From: Mobula birostris
Taxonomy: Eukaryota
Assembly (NCBI RefSeq): GCF_030028105.1
Contig: NC_092372.1
Span: 102,986,687-103,050,686 of the forward strand
Direction of reading: 5' to 3'
DNA: 64,000 nt
Shown: positions 11,096 through 22,693 of the stretch, in pieces
Position numbering within the stretch: position 1 is the first letter of the stretch
Layout: every line of letters starts with the position of its first letter
Translations under genes and position numbers: made by a program
Notes under the pieces: generated by a model
The model's database searches: none
What the model was told of the DNA's origin: nothing
What the model saw: only the letters and a program-made list of their open reading frames with translations

Positions 11096-11848
11096 GGGCT
11101 GGCAACATGAATAGCTCTGGGGTCCAGTGATTCCTTGCTGGACTGTCCTCATCTGTAACATCATCAGAATATCCGTCAAGTTAACCACCGGAGTGAGACT
11201 AGAGCCACTGTCTGTAGTGCCTGGGCCGCGTCTAGGGCTTGCTGCTACTTGGATCCTTTTCGTGTCAAGATAAAGGTCAGTCTATCATTGTGTGGTTTTG
11301 TCTCTCCATGTTCTCTCCTCCACTGGGTAGGTCCAGTCGTTTGCTGCTACCCTGAGGGGTGAACGGTCTCAGTGTTTTGTGCCCTGCATCCAAGAAGAGT
11401 CCCAGCTCTATGTCCTGTGTCCGAGAAGGAGCCCCGGCTCAGTGTTGTGTGTCCTGTGTCTAAGTCAAGTCTAAGCCCAGTCTAAGTCAAGTGTCAAGTT
11501 CCAAGTCCAAGTCGAGAGACAAGTTCCAAGTCCAAGTTCGAGTCCAAGTCGAGAGAAAGTTCCAAGCCAAGTCCGAGTCCAAGATGCAAGCCAAGAGCCA
11601 AGTCTAGACCCAGGTGCCAATTCCCTGCCAAGTCCCGAGTTCCGAGTCGTGACCTGAGTTCCCCGTCGAGTTCAAGTCCCAAAACCAAGTCCAGGTTTTC
11701 CGGTTTGTCAGTCTACATCTACCTTCGTGTTACCATTTTGTCCTCGCTCCTTGGCTTCCCTAGCATTCTTAATAAACATAGCCCAGTTCCTAGTACTTCA
11801 GTGTCTGTGTCTTGCATTTGGGTCCCCTTCCATCGCCCTCCTATGACA
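11096..11848 (+). mobile_element. 5'-truncated copy of the 881-bp solo LTR (also 30461-31213)
   Basis: Ends in TGACA+GGAAT. The 5' end was removed by a deletion. Hexamer array at ~11460-11690. Confidence 0.8.
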
Positions 11849-12184
11849 GGAATGTTTAAACGGGGTTCTGAAGGCAAAGCTCCAGCAAAAATCCACGGCC
11901 CAGAGATTTAGAGCCAGATAAAGAAAGAAAATGCAGGAGTGTCGGCAGCTCACTGACAGCAAGACGTGCAGAAGTTTTGTAGTGGTGAGCAGCCATCTGC
12001 TGTCACAAACTTCAGCAGTCCTAAAGATGTCTGACCACAGAGTTGTCTCATTGTCTCACTGCTGGGAGTCACAGGGAAAGTCATCTCCAGGGTATTCTGA
12101 ACCACTTCCTCAGTCATTGTAGATCTGCTGCCTGAACTGCAGAGTGGATTCTGACCAGCTTGAGACATGATGAACTGCTCCAAT

Positions 12185-12740
12185 GCAACACATTGTTCTT
12201 AAGATCACAGGTCCAAATACTGCTAACAATGCTTCTAATGCGGTCTGACTAATGCCTTATAAAGTCTCAGCATTACATCCTTCTTTTTCTATTCTAGTCC
12301 TCTTGAAATGGATGCTAACATTGCATCTGCTTTCCTTACCATCCACTTAACATGCAAGCTAACCTTTAAGGAATCTTGCGTGAGAACTCCCAAGCCTCTC
12401 TGCACTTATTTCTGAATTTATTTCCCATTTAGGAAACAGTCAACCCGTTCATTCCTACTACCAAAGTACATGACCATGTATTTCCTTACACTGTATTCCA
12501 TCTGCCTCTTCTTTAACCATTCTCCTAATATGTCTATGTCCATCTGTAGGCCCCCTGCTTCCTCAAATCTACCTGCCCTTCCACCTGCCTTTGTATCATC
12601 TGTAAGTTTGGCCACAAAGCCACCAGTTCCATTATTCAAATCCGTGACATGTAAAGAGAAGTGGTCCTGACACCAACCTCCTGTGGAACACCACTAGTTG
12701 TAAGCAGCCAACCAGGAAAGGTCCCCTCCATTCCCACTCT
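12185..12740 (-). mobile_element. CR1 LINE RT fragment (copies ~31550-32105 and ~53690-54245)
   Basis: TSGVPQ...KLTDDTKAGG...LQMDIDILGEW..RQMEYSVRKYMVMYFG matches the CR1 pattern KFADDTK...LQ.DLD.L..WA..WQM.F. Confidence 0.85.
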
Positions 12741-13139
12741 TTGAAGGCAGGGATTTATGATGGGGCTCATTACTGCCTTCAATGCACCAGAGCAGCCTTT
12801 AGATGACTGAGGAAAATGTTACCTGAAGCTCAAGAGTTCAAATGTGGCACAAAGTCCACAGTTGTCCGAGCAGCAGAAAAATAAGCAAACTCTCCCGGGT
12901 CAAAATCCATACTATTGGTGCCTTTCTAAAATCCTGAGTGTATTTAATGATGAGGAATTATGTCCCCTGCACTGTTGATGCTCTACTTATAGTAAGTCGG
13001 CTATGTTTGTTCTGTCACATAAATTACATATATGACATTGAACTTACAAGTTTGACACGATTCTTTGAAGTGATCACTCAAGGCAGAAAAGGAAGATAGG
13101 GAATGGTAGAGGGACCACACAGAAACTCTGACTAAGTGA

Positions 13140-14070
13140 CAGAAAGAGTACAGAACTTCACTAATGAACACCCTCCCACTCCTTGGTCGAAGACTCTGCC
13201 ATTTCCACATTGACCTCAGTGAGCGCCTAAGCATCCACAGAGTAGTTCATAGTGATCTTCAGTCATGAGGCAGAGCCCAGGGAAAAGAACACAAACCAAG
13301 CTGGATAAATGAGACAGATCTCCTTTCCTGCAGAGCACTGGTGAACGAACTGCGTTCCCAAGCTGTCGCAATTGTTTCACAGATAACATGAATGAAGCAG
13401 GCGTTTTTGATTCTGAATGCATTTAATGAAGAGGAGTTTTGTACCTCAGCACTGGTGTTATTTTACTTACTGTAAGTCAGATACATTCACTCTGCCACAT
13501 AACTCACACACCTGACACTAGCTTCCTAATTCGGACTCTTGATTCCATGCTGAGTCATAGGAAGCAATTAGAAAGGAGTAGACAGGGGAAAATACAAAAT
13601 GTCCTTGAATCTTCCTTGAAGAAATGCAGTACCCCCACGGTGTCCTTGGTATCTCTGGCTGTTATCACCCAAGGTGGAGAAGGAGCATTGGTATTGTCTT
13701 GAGAGTCCATCTGCTTTAAGACCACACAGAAACCCTGACGTAGCAACAGAACGAACTTAGCACTTCACCAATGACAACCATTCTACACTCCATCAGGCAA
13801 TTCCTATCCTTGGTCGAAGACTATGTCTTTCCCATATTGATCTCAGTATCTGTCTTAGAAACACAAAACAGGAATGGAAGGAAGTTATCATTAGTACTGA
13901 AGGACACCATAAAGAGAATAACATGGGCCAGGCTGGATAATGGAGACAGATTTCCTTCTCTGTAGAGTACTAGAGAATAAGTTGCATTTTTAAGCTGACG
14001 TGATAGTCTCATAGACATAATTGGTGATACATACTCTCCAATTCTGAATTCATTTAACCAAGAGGAATCA
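13140..14070 (+). repeat. Diverged direct repeat pair (~13140-13450 and ~13750-14070), also in B and C, with a related piece at ~63845-63945
   Basis: Shared blocks cttcac.aatga, tccttggtcgaagact, cca.gctggataa...agacagat.tcctt..ctg.agag.act and attctgaat.catttaa. Confidence 0.7.
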
Positions 14071-14586
14071 GGTTCGCCAGGTGCATTGGAAATGATTTCA
14101 ATGTGTTTCTGTGTCTTTACTCCTGGCCTCTAAATTCTAGCTTGATGATTTAACCTATCTAGCTCCCCTACTACATTGTGTTCTTCATTCCAGGAATATA
14201 CTTGATCAGGAATATTTTTTGCTCATTTTCCCAAAGAATTATTTCTTAGCACATGTACCTGGAATATTGATGCACTGCTGTGGTCTGGATACCGAAGAGG
14301 TTCTTCATTCAGCCTCAACCATACATGGGAGGGTCCCACCTACCCAGACTACTGCAGGATCAGATAACACGTGCACCCCATACGTGCACCTGGTCTTCAG
14401 AATGAGAAGCCAAAAGAGTAATATTTCTATTAAGGAGGTAACACAGCATATCCTACCACATCTGATGTTGGAGCTGGATTGTAGTGAAATTTGACGGATG
14501 GTAAATGAATATTTGTTGTCTCCTATTTTGTGTCCATAAGCATTATTCTGAGGAAGTTCGATGTTCAAATCCCATCTTTCAAATAT

Positions 14587-15253
14587 AGAAGAGGAGAGGA
14601 TGGCGGCACGACGCAGCGCGCAGCGGCCACTCCGGTGATGAATATCTGTTATCTGTCAAGTAGGGTGACGTGTACAATCCTAATTTGATGGAGACAGAAG
14701 TGAGAGCACTGAGGAACATCTGGAGAAACTTCTGAAATGCCTGTTTCACCGCCGCTGTTACTGTGTGATCCAGAATCTCCGGAGGGGAAGGCCCCGAGTC
14801 CTCGGCTTTGCTTATTGCTCGGCGGCCGGGGCAAGGTCGAAGCGCTCGGTAGAGATGGTGCTCAGTGCTCGGTGTCAGAGGGCTGGTCGGAGGCTTGAAG
14901 TTTTCGGATGGACTCAGAGTCGGACTGTGGTTGGGTGCTTCCAGGGTGCTGCATCGGGCAAGTTTGTGGCACTGGAGAGTTTCTCCCTTCCACCGCCTGC
15001 GTGAGATGATGGGCTATCGGGACTTTGAGACTTTTTTTTACCGTGCCCATGGTCTGCTCTTTATCAAATTACTGTATTGCTTTACACTGTTGTAACTATA
15101 TGTTATAATTATCTGGTTTTTGTCAGTTTTAGTCTTGGTCTGTCCTGTGTTTCTGTGATATCATACTGGAGGAACATGGTATCATTTCTTAATGCATGCA
15201 TTTCTAAATGACAATAAACGAGGACTGAGTGTCCTCATAAGCTAATCTAATCT
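14587..15253 (+). mobile_element. Same SINE-like family, nested in an RTE LINE (copy at 33951-34617)
   Basis: GATGGCG head, AATAAA, stem-loop GAGGAC-tgagt-GTCCTC at 15220-15236, (CTAAT)n tail. Confidence 0.8.
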
Positions 15254-16036
15254 GAGGAGCATTCTCTCTGAGGATAGCAGCATTGACAACGACATCCAGA
15301 GCTGCATTAAACAGGCATCAACTGCCTTTGGGAGACTTTGGCGTAGAGTCTTTCAGAACAGGAGTCTTTGTCCCTCCAGAAAGGTCGCCGTATACCAAGC
15401 CGTCTGCGTCACCACCCTCCTTTATAGCTGTGAAACTTGGGTAACCTACAGCCGTCACATCAAATCCTTGGAGTGCTTCCACATAAGCTGCCTCCAGCGC
15501 ATCCTGGGAATTACCTGGCGTGAGCGGGTGCCTCATACTAGAATACTTGTAAAGACCAAATGCAGAAGAATTGAGGCCATGATCACCCAACGTCAGCTGC
15601 AGTGGCTGGGGAATGTAATAAGGATACCCCCATGTCAGCCACCCCGCAGAGTGTTATACGGCCAGCTACATCATGGTCGACGCTCAGCTGGAAGGCCAAA
15701 GAAGCGCTATAAGGATCAGATGAAGAATGGTTTAAGGAAGTGCAAGATCAGACCCGAGGGCCTGGAGGAGGTTGCTGCTGACCATACCACTTGGTGACAG
15801 CTGTGTAGGAACGGGGTTCGTATTCTGGAGATGGAAAGAACAACCAGAAGACAGCAGAATAGAGCCAGGAGAAATGCAGCCATGGTTGCCATCACTACCA
15901 CCACCACTACCACATATACATGTCCCACCCGCAATCGAGCTTGTGGGTCCAGGATAGTACTGTATAGTCATCAAAGATCTCACCGTTAAAGGAGTGGACG
16001 TCGTCATCAGATTTCGATGGACAACCGAAGAAGAAA
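15254..16036 (+). mobile_element. RTE-clade LINE 3' part; its first codons lie at ~14570-14586, before the SINE (copy ~34618-35400)
   Basis: SILSEDSSIDNDIQ..IKQASTAFGRL..RVF...VYQAV.VTTLLYSCETW...CFHISCLQRILGI.W...QLQWLG...VLYGQL, a C-terminal CPT..RACGSRI.LYSHQRSH motif and a (GAA)n tail. Confidence 0.88.
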
Positions 16037-16300
16037 ATTGGGGTTGATATGTTGGAATGGGAATGAGAATAAGGATTGAAATGGTCAGCCAACGGGAAAT
16101 ACTGCTTTTTGAAGGTGGAGCTGTAGTGCTCAACAAAGTCGTCCCCCAACGTACGTCGGGTTTCATCAATAAAAAGGTGGCTGCTTTGAGAGCACTGAAA
16201 ACACAGATGATTCCAAAAGATTTGCAGCTGAAGTGGTGCTTCACCTGGAAGGATTTGGGGCCCTGTATGTAGGTGAGGGAGGAGGTGATTTGATGACTGC
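16037..16300 (-). mobile_element. Penelope-like element GIY-YIG fragment, inverted (copy ~35401-35664)
   Basis: QCSQSSHLFIDETRRTLGDDFVEH resembles the GIY-YIG motif C..C..LYIGET.R.L..RF.EH. Confidence 0.75.
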
Positions 16301-16319
16301 ATTGGTGCTGCTTCATGCA

Positions 16320-17330
16320 TCCAAGTTGTGCTCGCCAATTTCATCAACTTTGCCTCCAACTTCACCCTGCCCTTAAATTCACTTGGTCCATCTCTGACAC
16401 CTCTCTCCCCTTTCTCGATCTTTCTGTCTCCATCACTAGAGACAAATTGTCTACCAATCTCTTTTCTAAACCCAATAATTCCCATGACTATAAAATGTCA
16501 TTCTGTTTTCTCAGTTCCTTCATCTTCACTGTATCTGTTCCCAGGATGAGGCTTTTCTTTCCAGAGCCTCAGAAATGCCCTCTTTCAAAGAACAGTGGTT
16601 CCCTTCCTCCACCGTTGTTGGAGGACCCTCACCTGCATCTCTTCCAATTCCATCACATCCGTGCTTAACACATCATCCTGATGCTTTTACAGGGATAGGG
16701 TTCCTGTTGTCCTCACTTACCAACCCATGAGCCTCTGCTTCCAGCACTTCATTCTCCGAAACTTCCTCCATCTTCAAAGGGACCCTACCATCAAACACAT
16801 CTTAACCTCTTCTCCTACTGTCTGTTTTCTGCAGGGATCACTCCCTCTCTGATTCCCTTGTTCATTCATCCCTTCCCACTAATTTCCCTCCTGGTACTTA
16901 CCCCTGGAAGAAGCAGAAGTGCTACACCTGCGTATTCACCTCCTCCCTCACCTCCATTCAGGGTCCTAAACAGCCCTTCCAGGGGAGGCAAATTTTCATC
17001 TATGAATCTTCTGTGGTCGCCTACTGTATTCAGTGCTCCTGATGCAGTCTCCTCTACATTGGTGAGACCCAATGGAGACTGGGGGACCACTTCATTGAGC
17101 ATCTCAGCTCCAGCCACAAAAAGCCAATTTCCCAGGACCTAACTCCCAACTTACATCAATATTTTCCCCTCCACATTCCATCTTCTTCTTTTCCCCACTT
17201 GGGCCCCTTACCTCTTCTCCTTACCTGCCACCCTCCCCCAAATGTCTCTCCCACTGTCCTTTCTCCCATGTTCCACTCTCCTCTCCAATCAGAGTTTGAC
17301 TTTTCTAACCCTTTGCCTTTTGCACTTGTC
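16320..17330 (+). mobile_element. Penelope-like element RT thumb, GIY-YIG and pyrimidine-rich 3' region (copy ~35684-36694)
   Basis: HPALKFTWSISDTSLPFLDLSVSI..DKLSTNLFSKP, and ctctacattggtgagacc (LYIGET) near 17055. Confidence 0.82.
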
Positions 17331-17334
17331 ATCT

Positions 17335-18195
17335 CCCTGGCTCAGCACCGCTCAAGCGCTATCTATAAATTTACCAAAGACACAGTGGTTGTTGGCAGCA
17401 TCTGAGGTGGTGATGAGCAGGTCCACAGGAGTGAGATAGATCGTCTCGTTGAGTAGTGTTGCAACACTAAGCTTGCAGTCAATGTCCATTAGACCATCAC
17501 GTTGATTGTGAACTTCAGGAAGAGGGAGTGGAGGGTATACAAACCAGTCCTCATCAAGGGATCAGCAGTGACTGGGGAGAGAAGTTTCAGATTCCTGGGG
17601 GTAGAGTTATTCAGGCCCCGACAGACTGACACAATTACGAAGAAGGCATGTGAACAGCGATATATCAATAGGGGTTTGAAGAGATTTTGTATGTCACTAA
17701 AGATTCTAGCAAATTTCTACACACGTACTGTGGAGAGCATTCTAACTGGTTGCATCGCTGTCTGGAATAGAGGGGCCATTGTTTAAGATTGGAACAAGTG
17801 GCAGAGGGTAGCTACTCAACCAGTTCCATCATGCCCACTAGCCTCCCCAGCATGGAGGACATTTTTAAAAAGTGATGCCTCAAAAAGTTAACAGCCATCA
17901 TTAAGAACCCCCATCACCCAGTACAGGCTCGCTTCTTATTACCACCATCAGAGAGCAGATGAAGGAGCCTAAAGACACACTATGCTTTAGGAACAGTCTC
18001 TTTGCCTCCACCATCAGATTTCTGAATGGACAATGAACCAACCCATGAGCACCAGCTCGCTATTTCTGCTCCCTTTTTACACCACTTATTTAATGTATTT
18101 TACAGAAGTTATTTCCTGTTGTAATTTATGTATTGCACTGTACTACTGCCACAAAACAACAAGTTTCACGACTTATGGCAGAGAGTCTGATTCAG
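17335..18195 (+). mobile_element. Rex1/Babar-type LINE 3' portion (copy ~36699-37559)
   Basis: IYKFTKDTVVVG, IVNFRK..PVLIKGSAV..RSFRFLGV and ILANFYTRTVESILTGCIAVW, with a tctgatt tail. Confidence 0.82.
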
Positions 18196-18469
18196 GTTTA
18201 CTCTCATTCTGACTGAGTATCCTGCTCTTAAATTATTCACTTCTGTAAACATACTTCTGCTGTTGCTGGCTCAAAATATCCGACAATACCCTACTCATCC
18301 AATATTTACATGTGCACTTCCACCAGTGAAATCTTTACAATCAGGAGATTTTTTTAGGTTGAAAGCTGATTCTAAGATACCCAATGTTGGGCAAAAGTTA
18401 CATTTCTTGTAAGTCACGTGTTTCCACTCAGGGATCAGTTCCTTTATTTGTCATAATCCTCATAGCCTG

Positions 18470-18870
18470 TAAAATATCTATGACCTATGTGTCATGAAAT
18501 TTGTTATTTTGCGAAAGCCGTACAGTGCAATACATAATTAAAACACTATAAATTAAAATAGAAAAAAAAATAAATTAGATAAGTAGTGTAACACGAGAAG
18601 GAACTACTTGGAAAGCTGATGGTAGATGGGAAGAAGTTGTTCCTGAAACTTTGAGCGTGTGTCTTCACCCTCCTGTATCTCCTCCTCGATGGTAAGACTG
18701 AGAAGTGTTCATGTCCCCGGTGATGGGGGCCCATAATGATGTATACCGGCTCTCTGAAGCATTGCCTTTTGTAGATGTTCTCAGTACTGAGGAGGCTAGT
18801 GCCCATAATGGAGCCTGCTGAGCTTGCAGCTCTCTGCAGTGGCTCCTCTGTACCAGACAGTAATGCAAAT
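18470..18870 (-). mobile_element. Rex1/Babar-type LINE 3' fragment (copy ~37834-38234)
   Basis: IYKRQC....IIMGPHHRGHEHFSVLPSRRRYR..KTHAQSFRNNFFPSTI. Confidence 0.78.
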
Positions 18871-18999
18871 AACTAGAACTTAGATTTTAGGTGTTAGAAC
18901 TCTTTGAACCAACTTTGCCATTGAGTAAATTCCAGACACATAAGCACTCATCTGCCTGATTCCCAAATGTGCTGCTCTGCTGGGAGTGCTAAGATATAT

Positions 19000-19100
19000 T
19001 GAATCCTGCCGAAGGGTTTCGGCCCAAAACGTCAACTGTACTTTTTTCCATAGATGCTGCCTAGCCTGCTGAGTTCCTCTAGCATTTTGTGCGTGTTACC
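19000..19100 (+). mobile_element. Penelope-type terminal-repeat fragment with degenerate hammerhead motif (copy ~38364-38464)
   Basis: ctgccgaagggtttcggcccaaaacgtc...atagatgctgcctagcctgctgagttcctctagcattttgtg is the same family as the end of the PLE at 59250-59380. Confidence 0.7.
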
Positions 19101-22100
19101 AAGATGTACTGATCTCAGTTTGGAACATACTCCATGACTGAGTTGACTTCCTCAGAGGTCTATGTTTTCTCAGTCATTGATGCTGCACTCAAAGCTGTCA
19201 GTTTACTCTATCCAAGATATTGATTACTGTATAAAATCTCAAAGCTCCTGCAGTAACAGCTGTCAACTCTCAGTGGTGGAATTGTGTATTACAAACAAGA
19301 TTGTTTTAATATGCAGGAGCCTGCTGATTTTCTTTTAAATGAGATAGAAAATAAATGATCCAATATATTTTCTGTTGTTACAATAAATGAAATTCTTTGT
19401 GAAGTTGCAAAGATTGGAGAGAATTTGAATGAATTGGAATGGAATGATCTCTAATTTTTTTGCTGTATAAAATTTAATTTCCAATATAATAAAACCCTTC
19501 ATATATTTCTAAAAGATTACCAAATTATAGAAGATTTATAAACTACAGAGAATTTCTAAACAAAAGTATAAATCTTATGAACTACAAGAACATACTGTAT
19601 CAATGAGTTGTAGATGATTGAGTCATCCACTGAAGAAACTGTTCTTCTTGCTATCACACCATCTTTCTGTCATTCCTAACAACCCATAATGCTTTCTAAC
19701 ATTTATACTGTTTTGTTATCAGATGACGTTATCTGCATGTGATATTTTTCAGATACCTTTGCTGGCCCAAAGTACTTCACACAAATAGTCTTAAAGCTTC
19801 TTGGGACAGAGATGCCAGACTCAAAATTAATGCCATGAGGTCTGACTCTCTGACTCTGAGAGTAGAGAAATATTCCAACTATTGATTGAACAGCTATACC
19901 TGTGACCATGTTTGATGTACTAAGTGACAAAATCATCTACTCTACAAAGTTCTTTGAACTTAGCCAATGTTGTTTTGATGCAGGCCAATTTATTTTATTT
20001 AGAAATACATTACATGTCCTTTGTCTTTTGTTGATTAACCTTTGGCCTACAAGACCTTTTTGCTTACTTGTTTACAACAAGAAGATAAGCAAGGAATATT
20101 GGTTAGAAGTTTAAATTTGTTACAAGCCACCCTGATCCTTTGGAAAGGCCATGCTACAGTTCTAGAAAGATTAGATTTGCAAAAAGCCCTTGGGCCCTGG
20201 AAAGTGACTATCCGTCACAAAACTGAAAGGCAGTCAGTTCTGCTTGTGGAAAGAGCTGGCCATATTATGAGTTTCAGAATTAGAGTTATGTCATCCTGAA
20301 TCTCAGTTGGACAGCAGATTAATCACACCTTTTAAGAATATGAACATTTTCAAACAACCAGTATTTACGACAACCAGCTTGCTTCATGATTAACATTATG
20401 CACACTTCTATTAAACAACAGTAGTATACCAATCCTCCCATTGTTGTGGGAGTCAATTAGTCAGTTTTGCAGCTCATAGGGAGTTGTTAATTTTCACTGT
20501 GACCTACAAAGTAAATAGGAGTTCACCTTAATTATTAGCCATTCTTGTCCTGGTGACCAAAGGCATCCTGATTCAATCGGTGAAGGGCAACGCAAAGACG
20601 GATGGATGTAGTTGAAGCCCATACCATGAAATAACATGTCAAGCTTTGCATCTGGTTTGTTATTTTTTAAAGAAAACCAGTCTAGAAATGGTACCCAAGG
20701 CAACTGGTGTGCAGCGTATGTACCAGAAAAGGTCTCTGAAGCTTTAACAGTGCTGAAGATATGTCCTCAAGTGGAGTATTGGATTGTCGTTTGAAAACTC
20801 ACTGCGTGATGAAGTTCAGAGCTCAATTCTATAAAGACAATATGTTTTTATGTTCACTGATTTAAGTTATTTATATAACATAATTATTTATATTATATAA
20901 AAATAATTAAATATAAATAAATAATGCTATTTATATTACATAAATGAAAACAATTTCATAAAGCTCTGTCTATAAAGAGCTTGTGCATTTTCCCCGTGAC
21001 TGTGTGGGTTTCCTCTGGGTGCTCCAGTTTCCTCCCACAGTCTAAAGATGTAGTGATTTGCATGTAATTTGGTCAATGTGAATTGTCCTGTGATTAGTCC
21101 AGTATTAGTTGAGCTGCTGGGCAGTGCAGCTCATTGGGCTGGAGGGGGCTGTTCCACACAGTATCTCTAAATTAATAAATAAATAGATAGATAGATAAAT
21201 GGTCAAACAAAAGTGGTGAGTGCAAGACTATTGCACATGATTCCTCAAGTCTGGTCTGTTCATCAATAAGCTCAATGCCATTCTGATATTTGGCTCCGAT
21301 CCACTTTCCTGTCAAATCCCAATAACTTTTGATTTCACCAAGTGCCCAGAAATTCATTTCCACCTTGAACATGTTTATTAATGACTCAGACTGAACAAAT
21401 CTCTGGGTTAGACGTTTCCACAGATCTACAATTTTTCTCATCCTGACCTATCGTTACTGAACCTAAATCCTGGAATAATGTCTCAAGTGTTCAACTCCCC
21501 CATTTGGAGAAAATCTTTCTCAGTATCTGCTCTGTCAAGTCCACTCAGAGTCTGACCAACTTTAATAAAATCAAGCTTCTATTTCTCTTAACTCCGTTTT
21601 TTTTCCAACCATTTTACTTACAAGGATACTACTTCCTTTCTCACATTTTCATTATTGTAAGCCTTTGCACACTTTGAGCATTAAAGTCCAAAAGGTGATA
21701 ATATGAAGCGAAATATGTGAAAACAAAGAATATCTTCTGAAAAATCATAACTATGCTTTGAGATAATAGTGAAATATATAACTTTGAAAATATTGTTGAA
21801 ACATTCTAGCAATGATTTTCCATGTTTGTTACCTGCTTAAACAATAGAGGTAACTTAGAAAGTGGACTTTGATCTTATTGACACATAGCCATTAAACGTT
21901 AACAACAGAACAATCAATATTTACACAGTAGCTGCATGTATTATGGTATTATAGCTGTTCTTTTTTGTCAAATAATGAAAATAATTTTTCATTGTTTGAG
22001 TATACTACAATAAAAAATTCAACAAGATTTTGAGTTTAACTAAGTACTTCTGTGGGAGGCATTTTATTGGGCCATGCTGGGAGATGTGATCTGTGACTGG

Positions 22101-22260
22101 TGATATCCTGCTAGACGGAGGTTGTATGCTCCTTGTCAGGAAAAGTATCTCCCAAGATCTGCACTTGTTGCTTTAAACAATATAGAATAAAATGGTATTA
22201 TTTAATACCACACCATCTCAGCTGGGAGAGTGTGTATATGGACAAAAGGTCCAGCCGTGG

Positions 22261-22693
22261 TGTGTAAGTGAAAAGGGGGTTAGAGTATCAGATAGGAAGG
22301 GTTAAATGGTGTACGTGACCTGGAAAGTATAGCAGGGGCGGGAACTAGACAACAGAACCGGGCACGGTTAGGATGTTGCAACGGCATGCTCATTTCTTAG
22401 AATAGAGGTGCTTACTGACCTGTACCTCTGCACGTGAAGCTATTGAGATACATGATGAAATTGTTAACCACAAAACCATCATAAGCGTGGACAGGGGAAA
22501 CAGGTGGTAACTGAAACCGTTTTTTCTGGATATAAATGTAACCTTGTACTCATGCTAGGCAGAGTTGATTGCCAGATGCTGCAGATGCGTATGGTGGTTA
22601 CCTCTCCTCAGATCAAATTAAATAAAGAATTGATCGAGCAAAAACGTGGCCTCTGAGTGTTTTCTCCGACTGAATAACGAATCGGTAAGGACA
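22261..22693 (+). mobile_element. Solo LTR, unit B copy
   Basis: Identical to 2889-3321. Confidence 0.85.

Larger units (their letters stand above)
692..20063 (+). repeat. Tandem segmental duplication unit A (~19.37 kb)
   Basis: Repeats at offsets +19372/+19365/+19364. About 15 differences from unit B were spotted, including a 7-bp indel near 5990 and a 1-bp indel near 14160. Confidence 0.95.

Noticed and set aside
11494-11688. Leu/Gly/Asp periodic 64-aa ORF as a novel repeat protein, or the repeat as a CRISPR-like array
   Set aside because: It is the antisense translation of a degenerate CCAAGT hexamer array inside a solo LTR, with no repeat-spacer structure.
15732-16485. Overlapping 194-aa and 192-aa minus-strand ORFs
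   Set aside because: Chance read-through across Penelope and antisense RTE fragments.
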